DNA of 64,000 nucleotides, taken from contig JBGSMD010000011.1 of assembly GCA_041740355.1 (NCBI GenBank), forward strand, positions 1 through 64,000. Direction: 5' to 3'. Below are positions 1 through 9,756 of this stretch, piece after piece. This DNA comes from Bdellovibrionota bacterium. Lineage in GTDB: Bacteria; Bdellovibrionota_C; UBA2361; CALJRW01. Each line of letters begins with the position of its first letter. Position 1 is the stretch's first letter. Below the pieces are notes generated by a model. That model was not told the DNA's origin. It searched no databases and saw nothing but the letters and a program-made list of their open reading frames with translations. The translations under genes and the position numbers were made by a program.

Positions 1-135
1 CTACCACTAATCCTAGTCACCTATTCAGGTAAAGACGATATACCAAAAAAATTTAGGAATTAATTCACAAACTCAATTCGTCAGATTGCTTTTGAAAGCT
101 TATCCTCTCTTAACGTAATTTATTTTTTGGACTCC

Positions 136-720
136 CTATAGATCATTAAAGATATCAGCATACCCAAAGTCATTACGGTCTGCCAATGTCCTATAAAGTT
201 CACACAAGAAACGAGTATTTTCGGTGATTTGATCTAATGTGCAATTTTGATCCCTGACTAAAGCGGGCTCGGCATTCTTAGAAAGATGAGGTCCTAATAT
301 CAGGCATTGAGCAGGTGAAACAAGAGGCAAGAGGTATTCTTTACAAAAAGATTCTAGCTCCTGCGCGCTTTCAACTAAGACCTCTTTGCAAGTTTTACCC
401 TTCTTTTTAAAAGCTAAAGAGCGACAGTCCACTTCCCCTAAAGCAATAGCAATGTAATCCGGCTTCTTTTTATCAAAATCAGCAAAATATTTTCTTTCTG
501 GATGAACTAGGTCGACCAAGTATTCGTTATTAAGAAATCTTCGAAAAAACAAATTTGCTCCAGAGGAAGAGTCAACATTCATTAAGCCGTAAGCCGTAGC
601 AGATTGCCGCACACACAGCTTTGTTTCTATGACGGATGATTTAAGTTTCGTGCAATATCCCGCATGGGAATCGCCTAAAATTAGGATCTTTTTCCTTGTA
701 AACTTATCGATATCATTCAT
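136..720 (-). CDS. SGNH/GDSL-hydrolase-like protein
   Basis: 194-aa ORF; N-terminal ILILGDSH (block I-like) and IALGEVDCR (block III-like); no clear C-terminal DxxH, so possibly truncated. Confidence 0.5.
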   Translation of the reverse strand: MNDIDKFTRKKILILGDSHAGYCTKLKSSVIETKLCVRQSATAYGLMNVDSSSGANLFFRRFLNNEYLVDLVHPERKYFADFDKKKPDYIAIALGEVDCRSLAFKKKGKTCKEVLVESAQELESFCKEYLLPLVSPAQCLILGPHLSKNAEPALVRDQNCTLDQITENTRFLCELYRTLADRNDFGYADIFNDL

Positions 721-966
721 TTACGTTTCCAGGCAGTCAGCTAATACTTAATGGGTTTTAGTATACAATACCTCACCTTTATTAATAAAGTATCTATTAA
801 CTTAACTAATGCTTTGGCGCGATAGGTATGCTAGGTGGAAGTTTTTCCCCAAAGTAGTTAGGTCAATACTTAATCGGTTTTACTATATATTATTTCTTAG
901 AAAATTAGGGTCAGGCTTAAGAGAAGATTTAATATTAGGTTATAAAGACTTCTATTCCTAAATTGC

Positions 967-1064
967 TTACTATCCCCCGGAGGGATAATAAAATTATATA
1001 GTTATGACAAAAAACACAAAACTTACTTTAAACATTCGGAAAATACTTTTTGTCATAACTATAT
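967..1064. repeat. Dispersed hairpin repeat, copy 1 (5'-truncated: hairpins 2 and 3 only)
   Basis: TATCCC/GGGATA hairpin (971-987) and perfect 18-bp inverted repeat ATATAGTTATGACAAAAA (996-1013)/(1047-1064); similar to 28941, 42061 and 60450 copies. Confidence 0.8.
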
Positions 1065-1133
1065 CTTGTTTACTCTTCTAGGCTATTAACCAAAGGATCA
1101 TTTTCTTAGCCGATTAGTTCAGTCTGGCGAAGT

Positions 1134-3074
1134 TTATTTGAGGGTTTCAATTTCTGGAAAGACATCTCTAAACCAATCTTCCGGAGCATGATCGGAACCT
1201 TTAAAGAATAATTTTGCATTCCAATCATCATCTTTAAGGTTTAAAGTTTCCTGCTCCAGATCAACAGCGAATGCCCAGTTAATAACATTACGCTCATTTT
1301 TCTGTTGAGCCCGAGCAATTTCTTTAACTCTCGTTTGATATACTTCTAATGGTATTGCTTGAATCCCTGAACCCCAAGAATAGCGCTCGATTTCACTTTT
1401 GTGATTAACCGGCGTTTTTAGATCCCGTTCTTGCTGATCGTTAGGGTGTGGATTAATAATTAAAACTAATTTATTTTCTGGATCATAACCCTGAAAGGCA
1501 ACTGCATGTAAGGAATAACCATCTTCGTTTTGGTAATGCGCTTTAGTTCCTCCTTTTTTTTGGATTAATTTTTCAGTATCCTGTTCTGATAGCTGTCTCC
1601 AGGCAAGTGAAAGTATTACAGGTTGGGTCTCCGCAATCTTAGCAAGATCTTGAATATCTTCTTCCGTAATTGGAGGAGCATAAACAGAATATTTATGTTT
1701 GGTAATTAGAGTAAGAATGCTAGACATTGCTACCATTGAAGATCCATGCCCATGCTTTTCTTGAAGGTTTGCTGAATAATGACAATCTTCCGCCAGAATG
1801 TAGACGCCTGTTCCATTGGCATATTCCATGAATGAAGCTTGAAGCAATACTTGTAAACTATTCGGACAGTTATTAATTTCTTTAAGCTGTTCTTTTGTAA
1901 CCAAAATCTGAGTATTAGATAACATTTCGGGATAATCTGGATCGCTAATATCCTGATAATTTGCTTGCCCCCTAATATACAAATTGCTAATTAACTGAAG
2001 TAATTCTAAAGGATAGTGCTCCACGAGTTCTAGGCTTACTGAAGTTGGGGCGCAAGTTCCAATATCACCTTGTTGAAAGTTTGCTTGCCAATTTGCAAAG
2101 TCATTAAAAATCTCCCCAATAGCTTTAATTGGGGACATCTTCAGATCGGCAACTGGTCCTTGTTCAATCATTTGCAAGAGTAAGTTCAAACATTCTTTAG
2201 ATTTAGAGCCTGCTAATAATTTTCCAATACCCTCATCCGGATTAATTATTGAAAATAAATTGCGGTGAACATTACTGGTATCAATCTGATTATTTTTAAT
2301 AAGAGCAGTAAAGATTTTAATAATCCCTTCTTTGTGACCTAGATTTAACTCCTGATAGCTCGAGCTTTCAATCATCTGAGATAGAGATAAATTATTTGCT
2401 AAACTACTGCTAAAGATCAGATCTAATTTTTGCAATGAATCTTTGGATAATTCGTTTAAAAAGGGATGTCCCACGAACATTTCTAGTTTATTTTGATATC
2501 TGGGAAAAAGGAGGGTATTTCCAGCAACAATCTTGTCCGGGGAATTAATGATAGCCGCCGGTATATTAATAAGGTTATTAAATTTAATGAGAGCAGCTGG
2601 AGTCAAGCAATCTTCGGGCTGCAACTCTTTATTTATTGACTGAAGAATTTTTGTAAATTGATCACCACGTTTAATTTTATAATAAATAATGTTTCCTTCT
2701 GCAGGAATGTACGTAGTACGATCGGAAAATTTGGTGGCTTCAATTTTCTCCCAATCTTTAAAATCATTCTGGCTAATATTAGCAGTAACTTTAAGTTGCT
2801 GATTTATAAGTAACTGCTTTGCAGTTAAGTAACGATAGAGTGAGAGGTAAGAAGTATTTAAATCTAAGTTTTGAGCTACTGTAAAAACACTATCACCAGC
2901 TTTAGTCTTATATTCTAAGTTACGATTGATTTGAGTATTTTGTTCTGTAGGAAATGGTGTGAATGCTTTTGTCTTTAGACTTACTTCAGGTGTAGCTTCG
3001 GCGCTAAAGATTGTCGTAGCAATGGCCAGGGACTGAGTTACACGAGAAAATGAATTGGTACCTCTAAATATCAA
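1134..3074 (-). CDS. LysM-domain protein with C-terminal papain/calpain-like cysteine peptidase domain
   Basis: LysM-like segments YKTKAGDSVFTVA and YYKIKRGD...PDKIVAGNTLLFP; catalytic-triad-like QQGDIGTC, HAVAFQGYD, IINPH. Confidence 0.65.
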   Translation of the reverse strand: MIFRGTNSFSRVTQSLAIATTIFSAEATPEVSLKTKAFTPFPTEQNTQINRNLEYKTKAGDSVFTVAQNLDLNTSYLSLYRYLTAKQLLINQQLKVTANISQNDFKDWEKIEATKFSDRTTYIPAEGNIIYYKIKRGDQFTKILQSINKELQPEDCLTPAALIKFNNLINIPAAIINSPDKIVAGNTLLFPRYQNKLEMFVGHPFLNELSKDSLQKLDLIFSSSLANNLSLSQMIESSSYQELNLGHKEGIIKIFTALIKNNQIDTSNVHRNLFSIINPDEGIGKLLAGSKSKECLNLLLQMIEQGPVADLKMSPIKAIGEIFNDFANWQANFQQGDIGTCAPTSVSLELVEHYPLELLQLISNLYIRGQANYQDISDPDYPEMLSNTQILVTKEQLKEINNCPNSLQVLLQASFMEYANGTGVYILAEDCHYSANLQEKHGHGSSMVAMSSILTLITKHKYSVYAPPITEEDIQDLAKIAETQPVILSLAWRQLSEQDTEKLIQKKGGTKAHYQNEDGYSLHAVAFQGYDPENKLVLIINPHPNDQQERDLKTPVNHKSEIERYSWGSGIQAIPLEVYQTRVKEIARAQQKNERNVINWAFAVDLEQETLNLKDDDWNAKLFFKGSDHAPEDWFRDVFPEIETLK

Positions 3075-3160
3075 TTTTTAAGAACAACATTAAATCTTAA
3101 TAGTTTAGAAGTATCTTACTTAAAAATTAAAGTTAATCTACAAAAATTTAGCAATTCGTT

Positions 3161-6100
3161 CTAAAAAGCACTTCCCACGCTAAAATGTACTCTCCAGCTT
3201 GATTCATCGTCCTGACGATCGAGTGGGTGGCCAAAATCTAAGCCAATAGGACCAATCGGAGATTTAAAACGAAAACCTAGTCCGACACTTTCCCGTAAGT
3301 CTGAGTAGCTTATAGAACTTTGATCCAGAAAGACATTTCCAAGATCGTAAAAACTATGTAGTTGTAGATACTGATTTAAACTATAGCGTAGTTCTAGGTT
3401 ATTGCTAATGCTTAAATCTCCCCCAATTACAGCACCATCAGATCCACGAGGTCCTAAGGAGTTTTCTCGGAAACCACGAATTGAGTTTCTTCCTCCCAGA
3501 TAATATCTTTGTGATATAGGAATCTCAGGAGTTTCGTCATAAGTCCAAGCTGAACCAACAGCCATATTATTTGCGAGTGTTAATGGAGAATTAAGAATTG
3601 GGGCTGTCCAAGAAGCACGCCCCATGAGGGCAGAAAAACTAGCATCGGACTCAATTGATTTGCTGGCAAGTTTATAGTCAAGTCCAAAAAAGAGACCATG
3701 ATCGGGGTGGGATGATATGTTTCGCAAATCGAGATTTAAGCTTCCGTAGATATAGCTTAAATTTAATTCACCCTGATCAAGCTCCGAAATTACTGCGCCG
3801 GGAGTAACATTATCTAACTGTTCATTTAAAAAGGAGTAGCCAAAGGTACTAGATATCGAGCGCCAACTTTTTAGAATGGATTGATCAAGGATAATTCGAT
3901 CTAATTCGAATTCTAATGTTGGATTATTAAACTTTTGGTATCCTAGGTCACTGGAATATTTTAGATCTTGATCAAGGAAATAAGGATCTTGATAACGAAG
4001 ACCAGCAACACCTTGATTGATTTCAGAGGTAGCTTCATCGACATAAAGATCGAGTCTAAGACCAAGACTTCGACCATCTTTAAAGAGGCTACGATCAACA
4101 GCTTCACTAAATACATGGAATCCTAATTCAGAGTTCACACCAAATCCCAAATCAAGTGAGGTAAGTTGCTTTTCTATATTCCTAATTTTTAAATCTTGAG
4201 AAGTCGGATTAGTATTATTAGGAATCAATTCCAATGTTACTTCCTCAAAAAGCCCCGATTTAAGCAAGTTCGCCTTGATTGCATTCAAAGATTTGTTACT
4301 AGCGATTTGATTTTTGGGAAGATTGATAATTTTTAGAATATTAGCACATTCTATTTCTCTATCTTGTTGACAATCAACATGACCAATCATTTGTGGTTCT
4401 CCTGGTTGAACAGAAATTTCATATTGCTTGGCAGTAGCTAAGAAGTTTTTACTGACTTCCGCTTGAAGATAACCATTGCGATGTAAGTTAGTTTTAATAG
4501 ATTCCTCCAAAGAATTAATCCTTTCTAGCGAAAGCTTTTCTTCACTGCTTTGAACTTCTAGTGCTTCCGGTATTCCAGTAATCATGACTGAATACAATTG
4601 AACTTGAGGTTGAATTTTGAATTGATAAGCAATTTCATAATCTAAGTTAGTAATCGCCTTTAGCCCAAAGCTGACATCTGAGTTCAAATAGCCTAGTTCC
4701 GTAAGAATCCCTTTTAAGATAAAACAATTATTTTCGAGTTCTTCATCTAAAATTGTTTTTGGTAAAAACAGATTGTCTGCAAATTCGACATCATATTCTT
4801 TTATTTTTTTCTTTAATGAGCGTAGCAATGCCGGATCAATCTCATTAAAAGTAACAGAAATACTTTGAATTGGTTCTTCTTCAATAATCGAAATTTCAAT
4901 AATTAAGCGATTATCCTTGTCTGGGTATTGGGTTGTATTAATTACCGCAAATAGATAACCGGCTTCTCGGTAAATCTTTTCAATATCTTTAATTAGAATA
5001 TTAACCGAATTATTGCCAAATAGTCGGCGAGATTTTAAGAGATTTGTTTTCTCTAATATGTCCTCTACAGTGAAATACTTATTACCAGAAAAAATAAAAC
5101 TTACGGGCTGTCCCAGCTCTAATTCTACAAGGAGCACAGCTTTAGGTTGTTCTTTGCTAAGCGAAAATTTGGAATCGATCCTTGCTTGTAAGTAACCTTC
5201 TGATCTTAATCTCGAAGTTAATTCTTCCGTGAACTCACGCTTTAATTTTTGAGTAGCAGCTTCTCCGGAAGTTTCAATTAACTTATTAAAGATTGCCTCT
5301 GGTAAAGCATCCCCAATTATTTCAATGTTAGAAATTTTAAACTGTTCCTTAGAATCTATTGCTAACTCCAAATTTTGACAGTACTTCAGAGCGGATTGAC
5401 AACTAAGTGTGACTTCTGCCTGAAAATATCCAATGGACTTATAATATTTAGCGAGTCGTTCAGTTAAATCGGCAATATCTGCATCGTTCAGTCGAGAACT
5501 TGGATTAAGTCTTAAATGATTTAAAATTTCTTCTTCGCTAATTCCTAAATTTCCTTTAAATGTTGTATCTAAATATTTTCGATTTCGGGAAAGTAGCGTC
5601 AAACTAGTATTAAATTCTAAAGCAGTGTTTTTTTGAGTTGTTGCAGTATCGGCCAGTGCCGTAAATCGAATCCGAGGTGTTAAATCATAGTTCGCCACAA
5701 ATCTAGTGTCATTGGTACTACCAGCTATAAATGTTTCGCTACTAAGGCTTAACTGGTTATTTAATTGTCTAGTTCTTGTTAAGCTTGGTTCAATTAGCCC
5801 AGAACGATTATTAAAAGCTGGTTCGATTGAAATTGAATCGAGATCGGTGAGAGCGGAGAAAATATCTTTAATTAGGCCTTGTTTTTTGATTTCCTGATAA
5901 TCATCAATCCGTTCTCGTATAGTTGTACTAGACTGACTACGAGTGCGATAAAGGCCACGAGTAGTAAGTAGCGTCCGAATATCTTGCTGATTTAAATTAG
6001 AATCGGAGTCAAAACTAACAGTGGGAGATAGCAGCGGACCATGAGCTTCCATCGAGATATAAACTGGCTCACCAATTCGGTTAATAACATTAGTATCTGC

Positions 6101-8800
6101 TAAAACATTCACTACAGGCTCAGGGGTATTAGGAGATATTATTACTTGTGCTTCGATTAAATCGAAACGACTATTACGGAGCCCAACCCAACCGTAGAGA
6201 GATTCAACTTTGCCAGTTACTAAAGGTTTATCGATTGTCCCAGAAATATCCAGTGATCCTTTCAGCTCAGCTTCTAATAAACTACTAATAATAAATAGAT
6301 TTCTAGAAGCTTTAATCTCAATATCTAAAAGTAATTCACTTAAATTTCTAGTGACAGCATTAGATTTTCTTTTACTAAATAGATATTCTCGCAAATAATT
6401 GATTGCAGTGCCTATGCCAATCTCTTTATTAAAGATTGCTTCGTTTACACGAATTAATCCAGTTAAGATTGGAGTTCGTGATTCATCCAAAGTCATTCTG
6501 AGTTCTCCAGATGTCTCTAAATAGAAATCCGAGCTTGGCTCATACTTGAAGTTGTTATATTTTAATTTCAGTTCCGAGCTTGCAAGTTGTAGGGGATTAA
6601 TTTCTCCTTCTAATTCCACTGGTGAATTATTAATTAAACCGGAAATTGATTCAATTTTAACCAGATTGTCGACAAGTTTTACTTTGCCAGCAAAGCGCTT
6701 ACCGTTTAAATCTTGATTGGCAAAGGTAAATTCGGTTGCGCTAAGTTCAGCATTACCTTGGACTTTTGGTTGGGCAAAAGTTCCCCGCAGATTTAAGTTT
6801 GCAGCTAAATTGCCACGTAGATCACTTAACCATGGAGTTAGTAGTGTTAAGGCTTTAAGTTCGAGATCGCCATTTAGATCTATATTTAGGGAAGAGTCTA
6901 AGGAGGCATTACCCTTGATTATAACCTCAGAATTATTACCGTTTAATTCTAAATTAATATTAGCCAACATTCCCTCGACAATCTTGATTTGATTAGGGGC
7001 AGTTAATTTTAGGGCATACTGATTACAACCAACATCTAATTTGCTTATTTTTAAACTACCATTTCCGGCAGAAAAATTGGTCGGATTGAACTGATAATTA
7101 GTTTCTAATGTAGTCTTTAAGCAGTCATACTCGGGGTGATAATCACTTGTTTGAAAATCAGTCAATTTCAAATTAAATTCACTGTTGGTGTTATTTAACA
7201 AATCATATTTTAGCTGAGCACTAAGGGAGTTTGTTTGATTCAACAAATTTAAATCTATTATTCCAGCCGCAAGCTTGATTTTACCATTTAACCCGGATTC
7301 TCCAGCAAAAAATTTTGTACTTAGACTTAATGTGCCGTTTCCAACAAGCTCACTAAGCTTAGCCGCTCCAGCAATCTCACCTTGTCCGCTGAGGTTAAAA
7401 TCTTGTAAGCGATCGAATTTCTTATTCTGAAAAGTATAATTCTTAAAATTATAGTTTAGTTTCTGTATCGATAACTCCTCTGAATCCTGCGGCAGGGTTA
7501 ACTCTCCCGATACTTGCATAGCACCTTGGTTGCTAGGATTAAAATGTTTGAAATCGAATTTAATTTCTTGATCAAGGCGTGCAATCTCCCAATTTGTGTC
7601 TGGGAATTCGAAGTCGTTAATTAATAAATTGCGCAATTGCCCGGTAACTTGAAAATTTGGATTAGTCACTTTACCGGTAAGTGCAACCTTAGCGGTAATA
7701 TTTTCTAGTTTATATTTATCAAACTGTAGTGCTTCAATTTGTAAATTAACATTACCCATTAAGCCATTCCGGTCATATAGCAGCCCATCCTTGATATTAA
7801 TCTTGAAGTTGTCGTTACTTAGACTCAAGTTATCTAATTGAAATGAAGAATTAGGCTCCAGATGTTTAAATGTATAGCTGCTTGTGAACTGATCAAAATT
7901 TAATTTTGGAAGCTTGGGAATGTTTATCGCTAATTGCGAATCCTTCGCTAGCTCAAGTTCTCCTTGAATTAAGGCATCTTCAACTTTGCCTGTAGCCTGA
8001 GCTTTTCCGACAACTTTTCCTTCCCAATCTGTTAATCCGTAATCTGAGGCCTGAATTGAATAGTCGGAATTGAAATCAAAAATATCCGTCAGCTTAACTA
8101 GGTTTCCTGCTAAGTTGAAGCTGGATTTGCCACGAGCAATGGAAGTATCGGAGAAGTTTACTGCTTGATCTAAGATAGTAACTTTTCCTCGGCCCTTGCC
8201 CGTCTCGAGTAGATCATTAAAGACAATACTTTTAATTCGTGGTCTTAAAACAAAATCATCAGCATTATCTCGCTGCATATCTAGCTCACCACCTGAGAAG
8301 TTAATTTTTTGCCCGGCAATTGTCTCTACTGCCGCCAACTCTCTAATTCTTAATTCTATCAATTTAACTTTCCAACGATTTGGATTTTTTAATTTTTCTG
8401 GAGAAGGAGGCTTAGTTAGTTGTTTAATGAATTTGTAGGTGGTGCTTTTGCCGGTGACTCCATGAGAAAAGCCGTCAATTAAATCTAAGCGACTAAGGTA
8501 AATCTTTTTTTGCAGAATTTCATGAATATCAAAGGTTAATTTTAAATTCTTAAATTCTAAATTTGTTTTTCCAGCTTCTCTGATTCGTGCTCCTTTTGCT
8601 GTGGCCGAAAGAGTTAGTAGAGAGAGCTTTAATTTATCTACTTCAAATTTACAGGAGAGGCAGGATTTTCCCGTTTCTTCTTCTAAGATTTGAATTAATT
8701 CCTTAGCTAGATAATATTCTGTTGCTTTAAGAGATAGACCAATAATGACCCCAAGAAATATTCCTGTAATTAAAATTAGGTTTCTTTTTGGTCTCCTCAT
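3161..8800 (-). CDS. Fused TamB/AsmA-like + POTRA + Omp85 (TamA/BamA) beta-barrel protein
   Basis: 1879 aa; N-terminal TM anchor, beta-rich AsmA/TamB-like repeats, DUF490-like segment (LEAELKGSLDISGTIDKPLVTG), POTRA-like repeats (YYKSIGYFQAEV, LRSEGYLQARI, YREAGYLFA), loop-6 motif RYYLGGRNSIRGF, SPIGPIGLDFG and terminal Phe. Confidence 0.85.
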   Translation of the reverse strand: MRRPKRNLILITGIFLGVIIGLSLKATEYYLAKELIQILEEETGKSCLSCKFEVDKLKLSLLTLSATAKGARIREAGKTNLEFKNLKLTFDIHEILQKKIYLSRLDLIDGFSHGVTGKSTTYKFIKQLTKPPSPEKLKNPNRWKVKLIELRIRELAAVETIAGQKINFSGGELDMQRDNADDFVLRPRIKSIVFNDLLETGKGRGKVTILDQAVNFSDTSIARGKSSFNLAGNLVKLTDIFDFNSDYSIQASDYGLTDWEGKVVGKAQATGKVEDALIQGELELAKDSQLAINIPKLPKLNFDQFTSSYTFKHLEPNSSFQLDNLSLSNDNFKINIKDGLLYDRNGLMGNVNLQIEALQFDKYKLENITAKVALTGKVTNPNFQVTGQLRNLLINDFEFPDTNWEIARLDQEIKFDFKHFNPSNQGAMQVSGELTLPQDSEELSIQKLNYNFKNYTFQNKKFDRLQDFNLSGQGEIAGAAKLSELVGNGTLSLSTKFFAGESGLNGKIKLAAGIIDLNLLNQTNSLSAQLKYDLLNNTNSEFNLKLTDFQTSDYHPEYDCLKTTLETNYQFNPTNFSAGNGSLKISKLDVGCNQYALKLTAPNQIKIVEGMLANINLELNGNNSEVIIKGNASLDSSLNIDLNGDLELKALTLLTPWLSDLRGNLAANLNLRGTFAQPKVQGNAELSATEFTFANQDLNGKRFAGKVKLVDNLVKIESISGLINNSPVELEGEINPLQLASSELKLKYNNFKYEPSSDFYLETSGELRMTLDESRTPILTGLIRVNEAIFNKEIGIGTAINYLREYLFSKRKSNAVTRNLSELLLDIEIKASRNLFIISSLLEAELKGSLDISGTIDKPLVTGKVESLYGWVGLRNSRFDLIEAQVIISPNTPEPVVNVLADTNVINRIGEPVYISMEAHGPLLSPTVSFDSDSNLNQQDIRTLLTTRGLYRTRSQSSTTIRERIDDYQEIKKQGLIKDIFSALTDLDSISIEPAFNNRSGLIEPSLTRTRQLNNQLSLSSETFIAGSTNDTRFVANYDLTPRIRFTALADTATTQKNTALEFNTSLTLLSRNRKYLDTTFKGNLGISEEEILNHLRLNPSSRLNDADIADLTERLAKYYKSIGYFQAEVTLSCQSALKYCQNLELAIDSKEQFKISNIEIIGDALPEAIFNKLIETSGEAATQKLKREFTEELTSRLRSEGYLQARIDSKFSLSKEQPKAVLLVELELGQPVSFIFSGNKYFTVEDILEKTNLLKSRRLFGNNSVNILIKDIEKIYREAGYLFAVINTTQYPDKDNRLIIEISIIEEEPIQSISVTFNEIDPALLRSLKKKIKEYDVEFADNLFLPKTILDEELENNCFILKGILTELGYLNSDVSFGLKAITNLDYEIAYQFKIQPQVQLYSVMITGIPEALEVQSSEEKLSLERINSLEESIKTNLHRNGYLQAEVSKNFLATAKQYEISVQPGEPQMIGHVDCQQDREIECANILKIINLPKNQIASNKSLNAIKANLLKSGLFEEVTLELIPNNTNPTSQDLKIRNIEKQLTSLDLGFGVNSELGFHVFSEAVDRSLFKDGRSLGLRLDLYVDEATSEINQGVAGLRYQDPYFLDQDLKYSSDLGYQKFNNPTLEFELDRIILDQSILKSWRSISSTFGYSFLNEQLDNVTPGAVISELDQGELNLSYIYGSLNLDLRNISSHPDHGLFFGLDYKLASKSIESDASFSALMGRASWTAPILNSPLTLANNMAVGSAWTYDETPEIPISQRYYLGGRNSIRGFRENSLGPRGSDGAVIGGDLSISNNLELRYSLNQYLQLHSFYDLGNVFLDQSSISYSDLRESVGLGFRFKSPIGPIGLDFGHPLDRQDDESSWRVHFSVGSAF

Positions 8801-8840
8801 AAGGCATTTTTTGGATTTGGAGAATAACCCGGCTTAGTCT

Positions 8841-9740
8841 TTAATCGAAAGGCTTTTCGACACTGTGTTTCCAGGCATGATAAGAACTGCGAACCAATGG
8901 ACCTGACTCAATAAATTTAAAACCTTTTTGTCTGCCAACATCTTCATACTCCTTAAATTCCTCAGGAGTTACAAAGAATTTAACCGGCATTTGCTTTGCC
9001 GAAGGACGTAAATATTGTCCAATCGTCATGATATCCACACCACAATCTAGTAGATCGTCCATCAGATCAAAGACTTCTTCTTTTGTTTCTCCAAGTCCTA
9101 CCATGATACCTGATTTAGTAAGTGTTTGGGAACTAAGTTCTTTTGCCCAACGTAGGATACTAAGTGATTTAATATAACCAGCTTTTGGTCGAACTTTGCG
9201 ATAAAGCCGGGGAACAGTTTCCACGTTATGATTTAAGATATTGATGTTTTCTTGCATGATAATAGCGAGGGCAACTTGATCGCCATTCATATCTGGAATT
9301 AGAAATTCAATTCTACAATCTGGCGCTTGTGCCTTAATTGCCCGAGCTGTTTGCGCAAAGTGTCCAGCACCATAATCGCTTAAATCATCTCGATCAACAG
9401 AAGTTACAACAGCATGTTTTAGTCCCAGTCTTTGGATGGCAGTGGCGACGCGATGAGGTTCAAATTGATCCAAGGCAACCAGATTATCCGCTGTACCATC
9501 TTTAACATTGCAAAAGTTGCAACGTCTTGTACAGAATTCGCCCATGATCATAAACGTTGCCGTGCGATGAGCCCAACATTCTCCAATATTGGGACACATT
9601 GCTTCTTCGCAGACTGTGACTAAGTTTAATCCTTTAACAGTTTCCCTTGTTGCTAAATATTCTGGAGACCCAGGTGCTTTAACTTTTAACCAATTTGGCT
9701 TAACAATTTGTCCTGGTGTTCTAGGTACGGGAATACTCAT
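8841..9740 (-). CDS. lipA: Lipoyl synthase
   Basis: CEEAMCPNIGEC auxiliary cluster motif, CTRRCNFC radical-SAM motif, C-terminal RSSY. Confidence 0.97.
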   Translation of the reverse strand: MSIPVPRTPGQIVKPNWLKVKAPGSPEYLATRETVKGLNLVTVCEEAMCPNIGECWAHRTATFMIMGEFCTRRCNFCNVKDGTADNLVALDQFEPHRVATAIQRLGLKHAVVTSVDRDDLSDYGAGHFAQTARAIKAQAPDCRIEFLIPDMNGDQVALAIIMQENINILNHNVETVPRLYRKVRPKAGYIKSLSILRWAKELSSQTLTKSGIMVGLGETKEEVFDLMDDLLDCGVDIMTIGQYLRPSAKQMPVKFFVTPEEFKEYEDVGRQKGFKFIESGPLVRSSYHAWKHSVEKPFD

Positions 9741-9756
9741 GTCAAAAAACTTCTAA

